A stretch of DNA of 63,668 nt, the filler included, from an uncultured Methanosarcinales archaeon (lineage in GTDB: Archaea > Nanobdellota > Nanobdellia > Woesearchaeales > CAZKBD01), in the NCBI GenBank assembly GCA_964550945.1. It is 3 parts of 3 records of this genome, joined end to end, with 100 filler letters (N's around TTAATTAATTAA, not from the genome) between each part and the next. Parts side by side here need not be neighbours in the genome. Positions count along the whole stretch, not along the records: positions 44,289 to 63,668 come from CAZKBD010000028.1; 2 more parts are not named here. One strand, written 5' to 3'. Positions 59,588 through 63,668 of the stretch are shown in pieces. The notes under the pieces are model-generated. The model had not been told where the DNA came from. It saw only the letters and a program-made list of their open reading frames with translations, and ran no database searches. Both the position numbers and the translations under genes were made by a program. Position 1 is the stretch's first letter. Each line of letters begins with the position of its first letter.

Positions 59588-61384
59588 CTATGATAACAAG
59601 GTGTACATTCTACTAACAGATGCTTTAATTTCTTCTCTTAACCTTTTGATGTGTTCAAGCACCTTAAATTCTATTACAAATTTACCCAAATCTAACTGAG
59701 TAATCTCTTGAATTTCTGCTAATTTAGCCAATAGGTCACTCTTAAGCCGATCACTAACTTCTTTAGAGGCAAGAAGTTCTATGATTCCTATGGTCTTTGG
59801 GGGCATCATTATCTCTCGGGGTATCCCACTTTTATTGTAGAGTATACATACAGTCACAAGCCTAGTAATCTCATCTTTTAGGGCATTTGCAACTTTAGTT
59901 TTTTGTCCTCTAGCTGGTTTTTTCCCAGGTGCCATTTTCTTTGTTCCTACATCAGCTGTTTTTTGCACAACTTTTTGCTCTTCAACAGTTTCTTTAGCTT
60001 TCAAAGTATTATGCATGTTTACTATAAATCCATCAAGTATTCTCATATTGTTTTCAAACTTATCAATAATAAAGAGATTAGCATTCTCTATTTGATAAAT
60101 GCGTTCTATCATTTCCAATATTGTACTTAATTGACGTATTACTTGTAAAACATTATTTGTGTTAAGGCCATTTTTTATGGATTCCAAATCACTTAACAAT
60201 TTATTGATTATTCTTTCAATAGATTGATAATTCTCTTTTAACTGCCCTATTGTTAATTTGTTCTCGGTAAATATCTGGGCACCTTCTGATTGTAGTTGCT
60301 CCAAGATTGTATCTATAGTTGCATCACTGCTCTCCTTGTTTAAGATTCTAGCTATCCTTTCTCTAAGTTTATCAGAACTCTCCTCCAAGTCTTTTATCTT
60401 GCTGCCTGTTTTTATCTCTTCCTTGTCTTGGATTTTTTTAATGACTGCATCAATAACTTTCTTGACATAATCTTTGTATTTATCTGTTAAAACAGTATCG
60501 TGAGGGAATTTACTTAAATAATTGGCCAATTGGCGGATTATTTCATAAGTACCTTTGGTAATGTCTACACTTTCTAAATTATCATCATTAATCCCCTTTA
60601 TTTTTTCCTTTAGATCTTCGGTTTCTTTAGTTGCTTTTTTTGCATCTTCCTCAGCTTTTTTAGTTCCTTCTAACTGTTTAAGCAGTTTCTTTAGTTCATC
60701 TGCCTCAGCTCCAGTTGTGTGGGGTGTTGCACCAGGCGCTACTCCGGAAGGGAATCTATCAGCAAGGCCTATTGACCCTGGCGATTCTGGCTCTTGACCT
60801 CCTTCAGTGGATGGCTTTCCTTTGAAGAAGCCGTAAATCATCATGACTATTGCAATAATAAAAATCATCCCAAGTATGCCATAAACCAAAGCTCCATATT
60901 TGTTCTCCCTTATTGCCTTAATCACCTGAGGCATGAACATATGCATTCCAACCCAGACAGCAACAAACCCTATCCAGAATGATTCTGCCTTGTTTTCGTG
61001 AGTAAACATGCGCCATATCATTATGGCCATAACAATAGACAGAATGATTGCTGCCAATGGGCCTAAGCTTCCAAGCATAAATCCTTTCTTTGCTGCCCAG
61101 TAAGCCATTGCATATGATAAAGCAATGCCAAAGGCAATGATTACCAGCTTGCCTCCCCTTCCTTCAAACTTTTTAGCCAAAGTAAGCTGGGCTACTCCAA
61201 GAAAGAAAAGGAAATAGATGATAGAATCGACAAGATAAGGGTATTTGGCATATGCTGAAGCAATATCCATGCCTTTCAGGGGCTCAAAAATGTCCTGCAG
61301 TGTAAATACGTCAGTTGCAGCATAGGCATGGCTCATCAAGCTAAATAAGAACAGAACTATCAAAAACACCAATTTTTTATTCAT
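59588..61384 (-). CDS. Hypothetical multi-TM protein with long coiled-coil C-terminus
   Basis: Signal-like N-terminus, about 5 TMs, helical tail. Confidence 0.75.
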   Translation of the reverse strand: MNKKLVFLIVLFLFSLMSHAYAATDVFTLQDIFEPLKGMDIASAYAKYPYLVDSIIYFLFFLGVAQLTLAKKFEGRGGKLVIIAFGIALSYAMAYWAAKKGFMLGSLGPLAAIILSIVMAIMIWRMFTHENKAESFWIGFVAVWVGMHMFMPQVIKAIRENKYGALVYGILGMIFIIAIVMMIYGFFKGKPSTEGGQEPESPGSIGLADRFPSGVAPGATPHTTGAEADELKKLLKQLEGTKKAEEDAKKATKETEDLKEKIKGINDDNLESVDITKGTYEIIRQLANYLSKFPHDTVLTDKYKDYVKKVIDAVIKKIQDKEEIKTGSKIKDLEESSDKLRERIARILNKESSDATIDTILEQLQSEGAQIFTENKLTIGQLKENYQSIERIINKLLSDLESIKNGLNTNNVLQVIRQLSTILEMIERIYQIENANLFIIDKFENNMRILDGFIVNMHNTLKAKETVEEQKVVQKTADVGTKKMAPGKKPARGQKTKVANALKDEITRLVTVCILYNKSGIPREIMMPPKTIGIIELLASKEVSDRLKSDLLAKLAEIQEITQLDLGKFVIEFKVLEHIKRLREEIKASVSRMYTLLS

Positions 61385-61440
61385 ATAGCATTCATTCTTA
61401 ATAAAGCATATATATAAACTTTTGCATAGAATTTGTTAAG

Positions 61441-62614
61441 TGTTTAGTCCCATAATTGGTTTACATTTTCTTTAGTTTATAAAGAAGCTATTACTCTTAC
61501 CCTGTTTTTTCCAATAAAGAGGTGATTTTATGCCAAAATTAAATGAAAAAAAAGAAAATGGATTATAAGGCATATCCAACAAGGTATGCCAAAGAGTAAA
61601 ATAGGTATGGCCATGAAGATAAGCAGAATGGCTTTGTGGAAGATAGAACAACGATACCATAAGGATGGCAAAGAAGGACTAAAAGACCATAAGCCAGGAA
61701 GGCTATTTGAACCGTTAAGCCATAAAGTCTACAATCTTGTTGTAGAAGAGTGGAAAAAGCAGAAATGTGGTGCAAGAAAGCTCTATGTAATATTCAAGAA
61801 AAAAGGGTTTAAAGTTTCTCGCCGTAAGATAGAACAAGTCTTAGTAAAGGAAGGCTTGCAGAAACCAGTTCCTAAAAGGAAAAAGCCAAGAAAATACAAA
61901 CTATATGAATGGCCTATTCCAAACTATATGTGGCATACTGATTGGCACGTTATAAAGGCTAAAAATCTAAAAGGAGAGGATATCATTGTTTATCTGGATG
62001 ACTGCTCAAGAAAAGTTATGAGTTATTGTGTAGGGAATCCTACTACCAAGAATTCTTTATTTGCTCTTTACAGTGCTATTGCTAAAAATCTAGTAACGCC
62101 CTTTAGCTTAAACAGCGATAGGGGATCGCAGTTTATCCCAAGCAAATTCAACAAGAAAGGAAAAGCTTTCCACGAATTTCAAGAGGCTCTTAATGAACTG
62201 GGTATTACTTTTATTCCGTCTAAGAGAAGGCATCCACAAACAAATGGCAAGCTAGAGAGGTTTTTTGGCATATTAGACAAAGAATTTGATGATCGGTTTA
62301 AGGATTTGGATGAGTTTATTGAATGGTACAACAATGAAAGGGCAAGTGAAGCAGTTGATTATATGACACCAGATGAAGCGTACGAAAATAGGCTTTAAAA
62401 ACCCACTATAAATGTAAACCAATTTCGTGGCGCGTAAACTTAAATCGTGACTATAGGTTTTATTGTCTATAAGAAATGTGACGGTCACGATTTAGGTTTA
62501 CATTTGGGGGTTGTTAGAGTTTACTTATATTACAAAGTTTTATTTATAAATAATTGCTAAAGATTTATAAAAAAAATTTTCCACAGGAATGTAAACTTAA
62601 TTCGGTACTATACA
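61441..62614 (+). mobile_element. IS481-family insertion sequence, complete
   Basis: TGT..ACA ends, 27-bp imperfect TIR (20/27), 15-bp flanking direct repeat with 1 mismatch. Confidence 0.88.
61530..62398 (+). CDS. IS481-family DDE transposase (-1 frameshift near the start; main frame 61586-62398)
   Basis: WHTD, LDDCSR, SDRGSQF, HPQTNGKLER, WYN; SD GAGGTGA before ATG 61530. Confidence 0.88.
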
Positions 62615-62681
62615 ATAGAATGTGTTAAGCCGCTGAGAAACCTAAATATATAAATAAATGCTGCTTTCTATATACCCTAAG

Positions 62682-63295
62682 ATGGATGATTTGAAAGAAG
62701 AAATACTAAATTTAGGAGCATCTTTGGTTGGCTTTGCTAATATAAACAAATATCTTCTAAAAAACCTTTTGCGCTATCCTTATGGGGTTTCTATTGCAAT
62801 AGAATTAGACAAAAAGATCATTGATGAAATCAAAGATGGACCAACAAAAGAATATGAAAATCTATATAAAAAAGTAAATGATAAGCTAAATAGAATTGCA
62901 CTTGAAACAAAGAAGGCGGTTGAAAAAAAGGGGATAGGGCGTTTATAATTGAAGCATCAAAAAGAATAAAAGAAAATGAATTAAGAGCAATTTTTCCGCA
63001 TAAAACAGCAGCAACGCAAAGCGGACTTGGGTGGATAGGTAAATGTGCATTATTAGTAACAAAAGAGTATGGTTCTAGGGTCAGGCTTGTTACAATACTT
63101 ACCAATGCTCCCTTAAAGCCAGATCATCCAATAACTGAAAGCCAATGGGGTAGCTGTACTATATGCCAAGATTTCTGTCCAGGAAATGCTGTAAATGGAG
63201 TAAATTGGGATACAAGCAAGAAAAGAGAAGATATTTTCGAAGCTTACGCTTGTGAAAAGGCGACAAGAAAGGTCGCTAACGCTCCCAAATTTTAA
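62682..63295 (+). pseudogene. Epoxyqueuosine reductase-like 4Fe-4S protein, frameshifted and truncated
   Basis: GASLVGFA..; second frame HKTAA..GLGWIGK..RVRL..WGSCTICQDFCP; shift near 62930. Confidence 0.7.
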
Positions 63296-63302
63296 CGACT
63301 AA

Positions 63303-63572
63303 CTACATCCTTATATCTTTCTTAGGTCTTGGAGTATCAGGAATAAAAATAAGAATACCCTTACCTTTTACATGCCCATGCCATTCTACTAGATGAACTC
63401 TTTCCAGATCATATAATTCATATCTCTTATTTACATCAGAAGCATTGCGAAGGTATATCTTGGCTTTGGGATACTCTTTATTGGCGTTTTTAGTCTTATG
63501 TTCCAATATTTTTCCTACTTTTTGCAATTTAATCTCGAAAGGTTTAAATAAAAATACCACTTTAACCACCAT
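63303..63572 (-). CDS. Hypothetical protein
   Basis: 89-aa ORF, no family recognised. Confidence 0.45.
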   Translation of the reverse strand: MVVKVVFLFKPFEIKLQKVGKILEHKTKNANKEYPKAKIYLRNASDVNKRYELYDLERVHLVEWHGHVKGKGILIFIPDTPRPKKDIRM

Positions 63573-63668
63573 TTGAATAGAAATATATTGAGATTCTTAT
63601 ATTTTGTGGCTACAAATAAACGATTAATATAGGCATCGCCTATCCCAATCGCAGCAAGCTGCGGGGTA

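Overview
AT-rich archaeal DNA, most likely a DPANN (Woesearchaeota-like) metagenome-assembled genome. This taxonomy is inferred from archaeal-type rps8e, rpoE'/spt4, spt5, rpl1/10/12, nadM and ribL, plus TATA-box promoters. The window is three contigs joined by artificial N-TTAATTAATTAA-N linkers (22327-22426, 44189-44288), so adjacency across them is not biological. Contig 1 (1-22326) is a surface-glycan locus: glycosyltransferases, NeuA/NeuB, a nucleotidyltransferase-CBS-GHMP kinase fusion, two deacetylase paralogs and six radical SAM enzymes (four B12-type). Contig 2 (22427-44188) has grpE-dnaK-dnaJ, NAD/FAD/lipoate genes, a DEAD-box helicase, a NYN RNase, a long FkbH-like protein, an intact bacterial-type sigma-70 factor and an unannotated 13-aa MGCC peptide. 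Contig 3 (44289-63668) has ftsZ-secE-spt5, then three other genes where rpl11 is expected, then rpl1-rpl10-rpl12, the rpoE'-spt4-rps24e-rps27ae operon, MNT/HEPN modules and a complete IS481. The most striking unexplained signals are (i) dispersed multi-hairpin intergenic elements: two homologous copies with a compensatory base-pair change, one carrying a nested 51-bp hairpin insert, plus unrelated elements of similar design; and (ii) the sigma-70 gene behind an archaeal-type promoter. No rRNA, tRNA or CRISPR array was seen. All family calls come from motif recognition by eye; no searches were run.
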